From Malacoraja senta (lineage: Eukaryota): a stretch of 64,000 bases of DNA. The notes below the pieces were generated by a model that saw only the letters and a program-made list of their open reading frames with translations, did no database searches and was not told where the DNA came from. The stretch is taken from positions 2,730,001 through 2,794,000 of the forward strand of contig CM075997.1 of NCBI GenBank assembly GCA_038087875.1, read 5' to 3'. Both the position numbers and the translations under genes were made by a program. Below are positions 26,562 through 38,589 of the stretch, piece after piece. The number at the start of each line of letters is the position of its first letter. Position 1 is the first letter of the stretch.

Positions 26562-26626
26562 GAGAAGCGGCAAGAGGAGAGGTCACCGGAAGAGGATCAA
26601 GTTAGACAATGAGCCTGAACACACCA
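26562..26626 (+). CDS. VEGF-family gene, exon 6 (basic, putative heparin-binding segment)
   Basis: ttttctttcag acceptor and A|gtgagt donor. (R)RSGKRRGHRKRIKLDNEPEHT resembles the basic exon 6 of PlGF-2/VEGFA. Confidence 0.75.
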
Positions 26627-27545
26627 GTGAGTATGCAATTGGTTTACAGCGAAGATAGACACAAAATGCTGGAGTAACTCAGTGGGACAGGCAGCATCTC
26701 TGGAGAGAAGTAATGGGTGACGTTTCCGGTCGAGATGCTTCTTCAGACTTGGAGTCAGGGGAGAGGGGGGCACAGAGAAAATGGAAGTGAGGTATGGAAG
26801 TCTGAAGTCTTTTTTGATATTTGATATCAAATATAAATATATTTAATAAAAATATGAAAGATATTTGAGTCTGAAGAAGGTTCTCGACCCAAAACGTTGC
26901 CTACTCCTTCTCTCCATAGATGCTGCCTCACACGTTGAGTTTTCTCCAGCATTTTTTGTCTACAAGAGATATGGAAGGGTAAGGTGTGAAAACGAGAGAT
27001 CAAAGGGTATCGTGCAGTCAGTCCATGCGTACAGAAGATACGAGGAACAGCAGATGCTGGGGTCTTGCGTAGAACTTGGATCTTTGGGGCGGCACGGTGG
27101 CGCAGCGCTAGAGTTGCTGCCTCATAGCGCCAGAGACCCGGGTTCGATCCTGACTACGGGTGCTGTCTGGATGGAGTTTGTACGTTGTCCCCGTGACCTC
27201 TTGGGCTTTTCCCAGGGTGCACCAGTTTCCTCGCACACTCCAAAGACGTGCAGGTCTGTAGGTCAATTGGCTTCGGTAAAAGATTGTACATTTTTCCGAT
27301 TGTGTTAGTGTACGGGGATCGCTAGTCTGTGTGGACTCAGTGGGCCGAAGATCCATTTCTGCACTGTATCTCTAAACAAAACTAAACAAGGGTGGGAGTA
27401 AATCAGCAGGTCAGGCAGCATCTGTGTAGGGAATGGGTGGGCAACTAGGATTTCCCTCCAGAGTTGCTGCCTGTCCCACTGAGTTACTCCAGCATTTTTG
27501 TGTCTATCTCCAGTGCACAATGCCAGACATGTACTCACCAATGCC

Positions 27546-27745
27546 NNNNNNNNNNNNNNNNNNNNNNNNNNNNNNNNNNNNNNNNNNNNNNNNNNNNNNN
27601 NNNNNNNNNNNNNNNNNNNNNNNNNNNNNNNNNNNNNNNNNNNNNNNNNNNNNNNNNNNNNNNNNNNNNNNNNNNNNNNNNNNNNNNNNNNNNNNNNNNN
27701 NNNNNNNNNNNNNNNNNNNNNNNNNNNNNNNNNNNNNNNNNNNNN
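27546..27745. other. Assembly gap (200 N) between VEGF exon 6 and the CIPC-like exon
   Basis: Run of N. Confidence 1.
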
Positions 27746-28617
27746 ATGTAGGACAACTTGTTCTATTTGATCTTACTTGATTGTGCACGCCGGGTTGATT
27801 GCATTCGTCGAAACAGGGAAGGTTGCAATCTCCCACCCCGTTTGACATAACTCTTGCCAACTAATTAAATGTCATCAACCTGACATATCCACCCTGTATC
27901 TTTCTCTGCAGACAATACCTTACCTGCTGAGCATCTCCAGATATATATTTGTTTGTACCTCGCCAAGTATGGTTCGTCAGCAAGATATACGTTCAGTGAC
28001 AAATATGGAAGCTAATTGTGTGATAGTTGCAGAGACATGGAAACAAGGAACTGCAGATACTGGTTTACAAAAAAGAAAGTAAAGTGCTATAGTAATTCAG
28101 TGGGTCAGACAACATGATATGTGATGTTTCAGATCGGGACCCTTCTTCAAACTAAAGTCCAATCAGGCTGAAGAAATGTCCCAACCTGAAACGTCACCAA
28201 TCCATGTTCTCTAGAGAGGGTCAGGTAGCATCTCTGGAAAATGTAGATAGGTGACATTTCAGGTTGGGACCTTTCACCACCCTCTCTTAGCTGGTACCAC
28301 CAGCTTTTGTATCATTTATTCTCTCTTGGGAATAAAAAGAGATCACATACAAAAAAGATCACAATGTTTGTGTTCCTCCAGCACTTTGTGATCTTTTTTA
28401 TGTGATTGTTGTTATAGGAATATTGATCAGCGAATCCAACAATGCAGCAAACGTACACCAAGTGCATATCATCACGCATTAATATTAAATGGAAGAATGC
28501 ATTCCTCTAGACGTGTTTGAGCATGTTATGAAACTGCACTGAATGTAATTTGAATGCTGTGTGTAATCTGTGTGTCATCTGATGCAGCATAACTAGTGTT
28601 GCTCCTGTTTTGCACAG

Positions 28618-29580
28618 CCTGTGTCCGTCCCTGCAAGGAACCAGTTTATCTGCGCTCAGCCGCAGCGCTGGGACAGCCAGAGGTCCCACGCTTCCCCACC
28701 AGGCCAGACCCGGGTGGTCTTCATCCGACAACCTCTGCCACCTTCCTTGAAAGTTCAAAAGGCGGAGGTGAAGGGCGGATCGAGGAAGGACACCTATCTC
28801 CCCATCTTGAACTCCTACCCTCGGATCGCCCCGCACCCAGTCAAAGACCGCCACCGTAAAGCGGGACAGGAGCAGGCGGATCAGCATGCCACCCCGGACA
28901 ATGCCACCGACCACAAGAGTAAACGGCTGTGCGTCGGCGAGACTGCCCGCCCGCTGGCATCTCTGTCACCCCAGGGTGAACAAACAGCGCCCGTATCGCC
29001 GGCCGTACATTGCCAGGGTCCCTGGCAAGGAGAGAACTCCAAGCAGCAGCTGTGGTTGGGGGCAGCAAGCGTTGTGAGTCAGTTTGACATGTCCGTCTGC
29101 CCGTCGCCAGTGCTGTCTCCCCAGTCGGAGTGCTGGGAGTCGTCCTCCTCCTCTTCGTCCTGCTGCTCCCTGTCGTCCTGCGCTCCCAGCGCGCAGCTGT
29201 CGGACAGCGAGCCGGACTCCCCGTCCTGCCTCTCCCGGCACCACCGCTTCCGCAACACCATGGTGATCCTCAACCGCTCCGGGCTGCTGGAGATCACGCT
29301 GCGCACCAAGGAGCTGATCCGCCAGTACGGCAGCACGCAGCGGCAGATCAACGAGCTGAAGGAGCACGCGCGCATGTTCTGCTGCGCCGTGCGGAGCAGC
29401 GACCCCAGAGACATCCTCCGGCTACAGGAGGCCATGAAGTGTTCCGGGGCGTACGGACCGGTGGCCAGAACGCCGTTCTCCTCCCCGCCCTCCTCTCCCT
29501 CTCCCTCTCCCACCTCCAACACCTTCAGTCCCAGGTCGGGTGCCAGTCAAGGTGTCTCCGACCAAGCGTCACTACCTTAA
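28618..29580 (+). CDS. CLOCK-interacting pacemaker (CIPC)-like protein, large terminal coding exon
   Basis: tttgcacag acceptor then an open frame to TAA. Contains both CiPC-family motifs, YLPILNSYPRIAPHP and RHHRFRNTMVILNRSGLLEITLRTKELIRQ...INELKEH. Upstream exons not found. Confidence 0.9.
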   Translation, partial: PVSVPARNQFICAQPQRWDSQRSHASPPGQTRVVFIRQPLPPSLKVQKAEVKGGSRKDTYLPILNSYPRIAPHPVKDRHRKAGQEQADQHATPDNATDHKSKRLCVGETARPLASLSPQGEQTAPVSPAVHCQGPWQGENSKQQLWLGAASVVSQFDMSVCPSPVLSPQSECWESSSSSSSCCSLSSCAPSAQLSDSEPDSPSCLSRHHRFRNTMVILNRSGLLEITLRTKELIRQYGSTQRQINELKEHARMFCCAVRSSDPRDILRLQEAMKCSGAYGPVARTPFSSPPSSPSPSPTSNTFSPRSGASQGVSDQASLP

Positions 29581-32514
29581 CCGGAGCCTGCTTGCTGAAT
29601 GGTCATCGCTGGCAACGAACGCTCTAAGATAGGGCGGAATACCCTTGGATGGATGTTAAAGCATTGTCCAGAGTTGGGGCAATCTGCCATTATTGTGGAC
29701 ACCGTTTCCCCCCTCTCCACCGACCTTGCTGCCGTTTGTGGAACTTTTACACATTGCATGGTTACAATATGAACTTAATCTGAGTGAGACATCTCCAACC
29801 AAGCTGATGAACCACTGGAGATAGATGCTGAACCACTAGAATTGAGGCAGGACTTCCAGCAATACCTCTCCGACCATTGTCAACGGCAAATTCATCTGTG
29901 GGATCGTCTTGCCCCTTTGAACTGTGTGCGCGAGTGTCAGCAATTTGTGGGACATTGCCATCAGAGTTTCCCTGGCGATCAGGAGTCGGACCACTTCTGT
30001 GCAGGAACGTCTGTGGAATTTGGCTGGAGTGTCAAAGAAGAAGCTGACAATTGTTGAGAAGCCGAAGATAGCCACAAAAAGCTGGAGTAACTCAGCGGGA
30101 CAGGCAGCATCTCTGGAGAGAAGGAATGGGTGAGACCCATTCGGGTGGAGACCCTTCTTCAGACTTGAGAAACACGGTTGAGAAACATCTACCCAGAGAG
30201 GCTGCAAACATCTGCCAGAGAGCTAACAAAGGGTTTCGGAAACCTAACCCTGCACTTCCCTAACCCTACTCCCATTGCTACTCGATCCAAAGCACCATTT
30301 TCTGCACCTTTTCCCACCTTCCAATGTCAGAACTCGCACAACCTGAAGTGGAAGCAACTCGTTACCCATCCCAAGACAACGCCAAAGGAGCAGAGGAACG
30401 TCAAAGGGAGTTTGGGAACATTGAGTCTGGCTGACTGAATCACAGAGCCACAGATCCCCAATGAAACCGTTAATACAAACCCGGAATAGAAATGGAAAAC
30501 TTGGTTTAACTCAGCCTCTTCGCAGGGAGGAAAGAGTTGATGTCAGACCAGCCGCCTGTGTTGTTGACCTCTGTGTTGACCACCACAGATGGGAGGTAAC
30601 AGGGCAGGCTTGCAGTGACAGCCCACCTCTGCCTGGAGTGGGAGAGCAGTCAATGACTGCGGCGGGAGTGGATGAAATGTATGTTATGCTATTGGTTTAT
30701 TATTGTCACGTGTACCGAGATAAAGTGAGAAGCTTTATTTGTGTGTTATCCTGTCAAATAATTCTATACAAGGGGAGAAGGCAGGAACGGGGTGCTGATT
30801 GGGGATGATCAGCCATGATCACATTGAATGGCTCGAAGGGCCGAATGGCCTACTCCTGCACCTATTGTCTATTGTCATATACATGTGTATAAACAAGCCA
30901 TGCATAAATCCAACACATAGTGCAAAGAAAAACGTACAGAGCTCAGAATGTAGTGTTATAACATTACAGTGACAGTGAAAGTGCAGATTAGTAAAAAAGT
31001 GCAAGGTCTGCAAGGAGGAGGGTTGGGAGATCTGGGTTAGTATGTGAGAGGTCCATTCAGTAGTCTGTTTCCAACAGGAAAGAAGCTGCTCCTGAATATG
31101 GTGGTACATGTTTTCAACCTTTTGTATCCCCTGTTCGATGGGAGTGACCAGGGTAAACATGGTCCTTGATTATGTTGGCTGGCCAGGCGCACAGTAATGA
31201 TTTTGAGGGACTTCTCCTCCCGTGAGAGGGCAGCACAGTGGCACGGCGGGTAGAGCTGCTGCCTCACAGTGCCAGAGGTCCGGGTTTTATCTGTGTGAAG
31301 TTTGCCTTTTCTGCGTGGGTTTCCTCCGGGTGTTCCAATTTCCTCCCACATCCCAAAGACGTGCGGTTTTGTGGGTTCATTAGCCTCTAAATTACCCATA
31401 ATATGTAGAGAGTGGATGAGATAACGTAAAACTAGTGTGAACTGGTGATCGATATGCGGTGGGCCGAAGGGCCTGTTTCCCAGCTATATCTCTGAACTAA
31501 CCTAAACTCTGATCAAGTGCCAACAAACAAATTGCTGGGGTTCAGTCAGCAGCACGACCAGCTTCTGTGGGGGTGGAGGAGGAACTGTTGATGTTGTGGG
31601 TCGAGGTCATGTGTTAGGACTTGGTGCAGGTTTCCAACCCAAAATCCCCCCACACAGATGCTGATGTTCAGTTCCTCCAGCAATTTGTTTGTCCCTCCAG
31701 ATTCCAGCATCAGCTTGTATCTCTTATCAAGCAGTCGCTTCACTTCATTGCTGCATGATAAAGTGCAGGTGTTTTTTTCAATGCCTAACCTGTATGGAGC
31801 CATTTGATGCGGGGATGGACATATTAACATGTGTGTCAGAGTAAGCCAGGAAGAAAGGTTGGAACAAATAGTTTGAAGTGTAATGTTAATTTTCCATCCC
31901 ACCTGTTCCTGCGAAACCGGCCATGAGACTCTCTTGCTGAACGTGTGCAGGGACTGCAAGCCCACTGTGAGGTTGGAGCGGCACAGTGGCGCAGCGGGTA
32001 GAGCTACTGCCTCACAACGCTAGAGTCCCGGGTTCAATCCTGACCTCAGTTGCTGTCTGTGTGCAGTTTGCATGTTCGCCCCGTGACTGCGTGAGTTTCC
32101 TCTTACAACCCAAAGATGTCGGTGAATTGGCATCTGTAAATTGCCCCTAGTGTGTAGGGAGTGGGGTAACATAGAACTGGCACAAGCGATTGGTCGAAGG
32201 TCGGGGTGGGGCTTGCTGGGCCGAAGGGCCTGTTTCCATACAGTATCTGTAAACTAAGCCTGGGGGTGGGGAGTGGCAATCGTGGCCAGAGGGAGAGCCA
32301 CATGTTAGAGTTAACAATCACAACGTTTTATATTATGTTCGTGCAAATAAAGATTTTAACCTCACACTGGAGACGAGAATTAATTTTAATCTGCAGTGGA
32401 ATTTTTAATTAGGAAAACATTCATGGGATTTGCCTGGTCATTAAGTTTAATACGTTGCAGACTATAGGGTATGGCTGCTTGTAAGCTGGGGCTAGTTAGC
32501 ACAGTACAGCACAG

Positions 32515-33665
32515 GAAACATAGAAAAATAGGTGCAAGAGTAGGCTATTCGGCCCTTCGAGCCAGCACCGCCATTCTATATGATCATAGCTGATCATTGA
32601 AAATCAGTACCCTGTTCCTGCTTTTTCCCCATATCCCTTGATTCCTTTGGCCCTAAGAGCTATATCTAACTCTCTCTTGAAAACATCCAGTGAATTGGTC
32701 TCCACTGCCTTCTGTGGCAGAGAATTCCACAGATTCACAACTCTCTGGATGGAAAAATGTTTCCTCATCTCAGTCCTCAATGGCCTACCCCTTATTCTTA
32801 AACTGTGACCCCCTGGTTCTGGGCTCCCCCAACATCGGGAACGTTTTTCCTGCATTTAGCCTGTCCAATCTTTTAAGAATGTTATACGTTTCTATAAGAT
32901 ATTCCCTCTCATCCTTCTAAATTCCAGTTAATACAAGCCCATCGACCCATTCTTTCATTATGTCAGTCCTGGGAATTAACCTGGTGAACCTACGCTGCAC
33001 TCTCTGAATAGCAATAATGTCCTTCCTCAAATTAGGAGACTGAAATTGCACACAATACCCTTAGGAGCGGTCTCAACAGGGCCCTGTACAACTGCAATAG
33101 GACCTCCTTGCTCCTAAACTCAAATCCTCTCTCAATGAAGGCCAACATGCCATTGGCTTTCTTCACTGCCTGCTGTAGCTGCATGCTTACTTTCAGTGAT
33201 TGATGTACAAGCACAGCCAGATCCCGATGCACCTCCTCTTCTCATAATTTGACACCATTTGGATAATAATCTGCCTTCCTGTTCTTCCCACCAAAGTGGA
33301 TAACCACACTTATCCACATTATACTGCATCTGCCATGCTCCTGCCCACTCACCCAACTTATTCAAGTCACCGTGCAGCCTCATAGCATCCTCCTTGCAGC
33401 TCACACTGCCACCCTGCTTCGTGTCATCTGCAAACTTAGAGATGTTACGTTTAATTCCCTTGTCTAAGTCGTTAATATATATTGTAAACAACTGGGGTCC
33501 CAGTACCGAACCATGAAGCACCCCACTAGTCACTGCCTGCCATTCTGAACCTGTTAATTCCCACTCTTTGCTTCCAGTCTGCCAACCAGTTCTCTATCCA
33601 TGTCAATACCCTACCCCCAATACCCTGTGGTGTAACTTTGCACACTAATCTCTTGTGTGTGACTT
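32515..33665 (-). mobile_element. CR1/HER1 LINE 3' fragment, frameshifted
   Basis: SGVLHGSVLGPQLFTIYINDLD...SKFADDTK RT motifs plus the same 3' end. Confidence 0.92.
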
Positions 33666-35014
33666 TGACAAAGGAACAGGGCCTTGGTGCACCATATCTG
33701 TGGTGAAGATGAGGCTCCTCTGGCTGCACCTGGTCCATATCCCTCCATTCCCCACATATCCATGTACTTATCGAAAATAGACACAAACTGCTGGAGTAAC
33801 TCAGCGAGTCAGGCAGCAGCTCTGGAGAACATGGATGGGTGACTTTTTGGGTTGAGACTCTTCTTCGGACAGGAGTCTATTCATTTTCTCCAGAGATTAT
33901 GCCTGACCCGCTGAGTTACTCCAGCAGTTTGTGTCTATCTTCGGTGTAAACCAGCATCTGCAGTTCCTTCCTACACATACTGAGATAAACTCGTATGTTA
34001 TCTAAAATCCTCGTAAACATTGCTATCGTATCTGACTCCACCACCAACATGTTCCAGGCACCCACCATCCTGTGTGTAATAAATAAACTTGCCCCGCACA
34101 CCTCCTCTAACCTGCCCCTCTCAACTTGCAGCTAAGTCCTCTAATCTTTGACATTTCCACTGTGGGGGAAAAAGGTTCTGACCATCTACCCTATCTATGC
34201 CTTTCATAATATTATATACTTCTATCCGTCTATCGGGTCTCCCTGCAATGAAGATGAAGTTGGATGAAGATTTTACGCAAAGTGAAGAGATGAGAAAGTG
34301 AACGTTACAAGTGCTCTGACTTTTATATAGAATACAATCGTAAAGACGCTGCACAGAACAAGGCTCTCATACCCACACCTTTTCCATGCTGACTGTGATG
34401 TCTACCAACATTGATCCCACTTACCTACATGAGGGTGGTGCAGTGGTAGTTGCTGCCTCACAGCGCCAGAAACCCGGGTTCAATCCTGACTACGGGTGCT
34501 GTCTGTACGGAGTTTATACATTCTCCCTGTGACCCGCATGGGTTTTCACCGGGTGGTCTGGTTTCCTCCCACACTCCAAAGACGTGCAGGTTTGTAGGTT
34601 AATTAGCTTTGGTAAAATTATAAATTGTCCCTAGTGTGTGTAGGATAGTGCTAACGTACGGGCTGATCGCTGGTTCGCTTGGACTCAGTGGGCCGAAGGG
34701 CCTGTAACTGCGCTCGATCTCTAAAGTCTAAGGCCCCTTATCCATTTATGTCTTTCCTGTCCAAACGCCATTTAAGCACTTTAACTGTGTTACAAATGCT
34801 GCGACCTCCTCTGGCAGCTTGTTCCAAATATTCCCCACACTCTGAAAAATGTACCTCTCGAATCACCTTCAAATTTCTCCCCTCCTGCCTTAAAGCTGTG
34901 CCCTCTAGTTCTACACTCCCATTGCCCTGTGAAAGGTTCTGATTATCCATCATATCTATCTCCCACATGATTTTGTAAAACTCAATCTTCTTGTGTATGG
35001 CGTGCACAGCCTAA

Positions 35015-35330
35015 TAGCCCTGTCCCACGGTACGAGTTCATTCTAAGAGCTCTCCCGAGTTTAAAAAAATCAAACTCGTAAGCACGGAGAATGAACGTAG
35101 CGGGTACGTCGGAGCTCGGGGACGTCTCTTAGCGGCTCGTAACGCTAACGGCAGGTACTCGGGAAGACTCGCTAACGGCAGGTAAGCACGGGAAGACTCG
35201 TGAAGATTTTTCAACATGTTGAAAAATGTCCACGAGAGCCCCGAGTACCCATTACCGTAAATCTCCGAGTTCGAATCAGTGCAAACTCGGGAGAGCTCTT
35301 GGAATGAACTCGTACCGTGGGACAGGGCTT
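35015..35330. mobile_element. PIF/Harbinger-type MITE inserted in an RTE-like tail
   Basis: TIRs agccctgtcccacggtacgagttcatt / aatgaactcgtaccgtgggacagggct with TAA TSD. The host cacagccTAAagttg is seen uninterrupted on - near 59350. Confidence 0.88.
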
Positions 35331-36626
35331 TAAAGTTGTAGGACAACTTGTCCTGTTTGATCTTATTTGATTGTGCATGCCAGGTTGATTGCATTCGTCG
35401 AAACAGGGCAGACCACGTGAAGGTTGCAATCTCCCACCCCGTAAAACTCAATTATGTCTCCCCTCAGCCTCCTATGTTCCACCGAGAATAGCCGCAGCCT
35501 GGTTAACACCTCAGTTTTGAAACAGGTAAATTAAACAAGTAACAAAATACAATTGATGTTGATAGCCCTTGATCTGGTGGCAGCTCACAAGTGCCATCAA
35601 CTGGCAGCTGTAAGAATTACAACAGGATCCCAACGATCAGCACAATCCAAATACAACCAGTGAGAAGAAATATTCCAAGAGCCTTTTGCATCAATAGTTT
35701 GCAATAAGATAGCCCAGGTAGAGATATTCATTATTTGTGCTGAGAAACATTAAATTGCACCGATGTAGGTTACTAGCCAAAAAAAAGTTCTCGTGTCGGC
35801 ACTGTAGAGATATTGAGCCATCTAGCTATCACAGACTGTATGGACCCCAGGTAAAGGTATAATTGAATCTCCCATTAGTACTGCCCTTGTCTTTTACTTC
35901 AGACTTTAGTGATACAGTGTGGAAACAGGCCGCTCGGCCCACCGAATCCGCGCTGACCAGCGATCACACCTACATGCTAGGAACTATTTTCAATTTTACA
36001 GAAGCCAAATAACCTATAAACCTGTATGTCTTTGGGATATGGGAGGAATGTGGAGCACCCGGAGAAAACCCACATGGTCACAGAGAGAAACTCTGTACAG
36101 ACAGCACCCGTAGTCAGGATCGAACCCAGGTCTCTGGCGCTGTAAGGCAGCAACTCTACCGCTGCGCCACCGTGCTGCCCTTGTACACAGAACAGCACAG
36201 GAACAGAACAGGCCCTTGTGGCCCACAGTGTCTGCGTCGAGCATTAATCCGAAGAAGGGCCCTGACCCAAAACGTCATCTGCTAATTTCTCTCATTGATG
36301 CTGCCTGACCTGCTGAGTTCCTCCAGCATTTTGTTTTTCTCTCGTAGAAACAAAGTCTGGGGATAATAAGGGTCATTGCCCTCCTGTGAGTGGTTCTGTG
36401 AGATGTTTGTAACAAAGGACGAGGTGTAGAAATACCGCCCCATCTTTAGCCACTGAGAACGGCACAAACCAGAGAAGTATTGACCAGCCTAGCAGCTATT
36501 TCCTGTTTATTTTGGTTGTGAGTTAGCCATTATCACTACATTCAAATCTAATTCTACATAATGACTCGATGCAATATAGTTTGGTCGTCTGGTGACAGAG
36601 GATAGTCGCTCTTTTTGTCTTCCCTC

Positions 36627-36647
36627 TTAACAACGAAAATCCCAGTC
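36627..36647 (-). CDS. MIA: MIA SH3-domain protein, exon 4 (DWDFRC-stop)
   Basis: tag acceptor; matches the MIA-family WDFxC terminus. AATAAA on - at 36506-36511. Confidence 0.85.
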   Translation of the reverse strand, partial: DWDFRC

Positions 36648-37139
36648 CTACAAATGCAAGGAGACAGTGTTACAAAACGCATTGATTGTCAACCCACTCC
36701 CCTCTTCAAGATTCAACATTGGCGGCTTCAATGGAATAGGCTACCATCTTATGCTTTGCTCGAAATGTTCTCCTTCATGTGTGAGTCAAGTCCAGGCGCA
36801 GCTGAGGACAATTCCATAAGACCATAAGAGATAGGAGCAGAAGTAGGCCATTGAGTTTTCTCCTCCGTTCAATCATGGCTGATCTACCCCATTCTCCTGC
36901 CTTCTCCCCCTAACCTTTGATGCTCTTCCTAATAAAGAATCTATCAGTGGTAGAGAAATAAGGAACTGCAGATACTGGACCCTTTAGATTCAGGACCCTT
37001 CTTCCAAAAGGAAAAACCTTTCTCCAGCACTTGTTTAGCTCAATGCTCAAGAGTTGTGCAAACAAGCCTAAAATACACACAATTACACTTAGCACTAGAC
37101 GGAGCAGTAGAAATTTCACCACCCTCAGCATGACTGGAC

Positions 37140-37290
37140 GGGTCGGGTACTTTTTGGCGCCGCTGGTTCGGCGCCTCCGTTTATAATATCTGTACTCATC
37201 AGAACCCAAACTCTAACCCTGACCCTAACCCCAGACCCTAACACCCCGAAACGGCGGTGCCTAAATGGCAGCGCCGAATGGTACCATTCT
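37140..37290. mobile_element. Short TIR element with internal (CCCTAA)-like repeats
   Basis: Imperfect ~40-bp inverted ends (ggtac..ggcgc..ccgtt / aacgg..gcgcc..gtacc), with gactggac on both flanks. Confidence 0.6.
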
Positions 37291-38478
37291 GGACTGGACT
37301 GTGAGTGGAAGGAGGACACCTGTCTGATAACAGTCCGAACAAGGATCCCGACCCGAAACATCACTTATTCCAGCACATGTATTTCAACCGGCATCTGCAG
37401 TTGTTTATTTCTACTACTTATACAATATTACTCGGCATTCCCTAACTGGGTTGTAGTAGACAACGCCCATGGCCCATTAGAATAAGGGTTTACTGTGGTC
37501 AGTAGAGGGGTCTCGACCCGAAGCGTCACGTGTCAATGTTCTCCAGAGATGCTGCCTGTTACTCCAGCAGTTTGTGTCTAACTTCAGGTGTCCCAGGTTA
37601 TGTGTACACGTGAGAAATAATGACTGAGCCGATGCAATGATAATCCAGGTGACGCTGTTGAATGGAGATCAGGGGGTCACACCCAGTATTGTGCAAAGTT
37701 GAGATACAAGGAACTGCAAGTGCTGTTTTATTTGTGTAAACCAGCATCTGCAAGCTCCTCTTGCTCCAGTGATCTGCCTTTCATAAAGGTCAGTGTAGCT
37801 GGGAGGAGATCACCACAACTCTGCCCCACGCAGAGAGTGGGGCAATAGTGAAACACATTGACTGCACCCCAGTACAAAGCATTGCCTTTATCGAGCGTCT
37901 CCGCTGATGAGGATTGACCTGTTGAGTGCTTCCAGCACCAAGGTCAGGTCCCCAGCAGGTTCTCTGCTTAAGCCTGACGCTCTGAGGTGAAACTGAGGAG
38001 GAATTCGGCCTTTATATAAAGAATAATTATAAACTACCGAAACTCATTGAAACCTACCAAGTAATGAAGGGTCTGGATAGAGTGGATGTGGAGAGGATTA
38101 TACACAGTAGTGGGAGAGTCAAGGACCAGAGGGCACAGCCTCAGAATTAAAGGATGTACCTTTAGAATGGAGATGAGGATGAATTTCTTTAGCCAGAGGG
38201 TGGTGAATCTGTGGAATTCATTGCCACAGAAGGCGGTGGAGGCCATCATTGGGTATTTTTAAAGCAGAGATTGAGAGATTCTTGATTAGTGCAGGTGTCA
38301 GGGGTTATGGGTCGAAGGCAGGAGGATGGGGTTGAGAGGGAAAGATGGATCAGCCATGATCGAGTGGCGGAGTAGACTCGATGGGCTGAAGGGCCTGATT
38401 CGGGTCATGGGTCTTATGAGGTCTGATGGCAGCCCCGGAGGGGACGTGAAGCAGGGAGGAGAGAGAGAGAAGGCTAAC

Positions 38479-38589
38479 CTCTGTCGGCAGCTCTATCAGG
38501 TCCGTCACCAGGTGCTGGGTCACCTCCACCACCGACTTCGGGAAGAAACCGAGGACAGAAGTCTGCTCCCCGAAATAATCGCCCTGGAC
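38479..38589 (-). CDS. MIA: MIA exon 3
   Basis: VQGDYFGEQTSVLGFFPKSVVEVTQHLVTDLIELPTE, 111 nt, canonical AG/GT, phase 0-0. Confidence 0.92.

Noticed and set aside
22609..26626. Assigning the symbol PGF or VEGFA to the VEGF gene
   Set aside because: Sequence features are mixed and the neighbours match neither mammalian locus; phylogeny is needed.
27086..27170. tRNA-like sequences with A and B boxes (many copies)
   Set aside because: They continue into the SINE body and do not close a cloverleaf; SINE heads, not tRNA genes.
27433..27860. ORFs spanning N runs (also 1639-2142)
   Set aside because: Artefacts of assembly gaps.
28841..29627. Antisense and alternative-frame ORFs over the CIPC-like exon
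   Set aside because: Shadow ORFs from GC3-rich codon usage.
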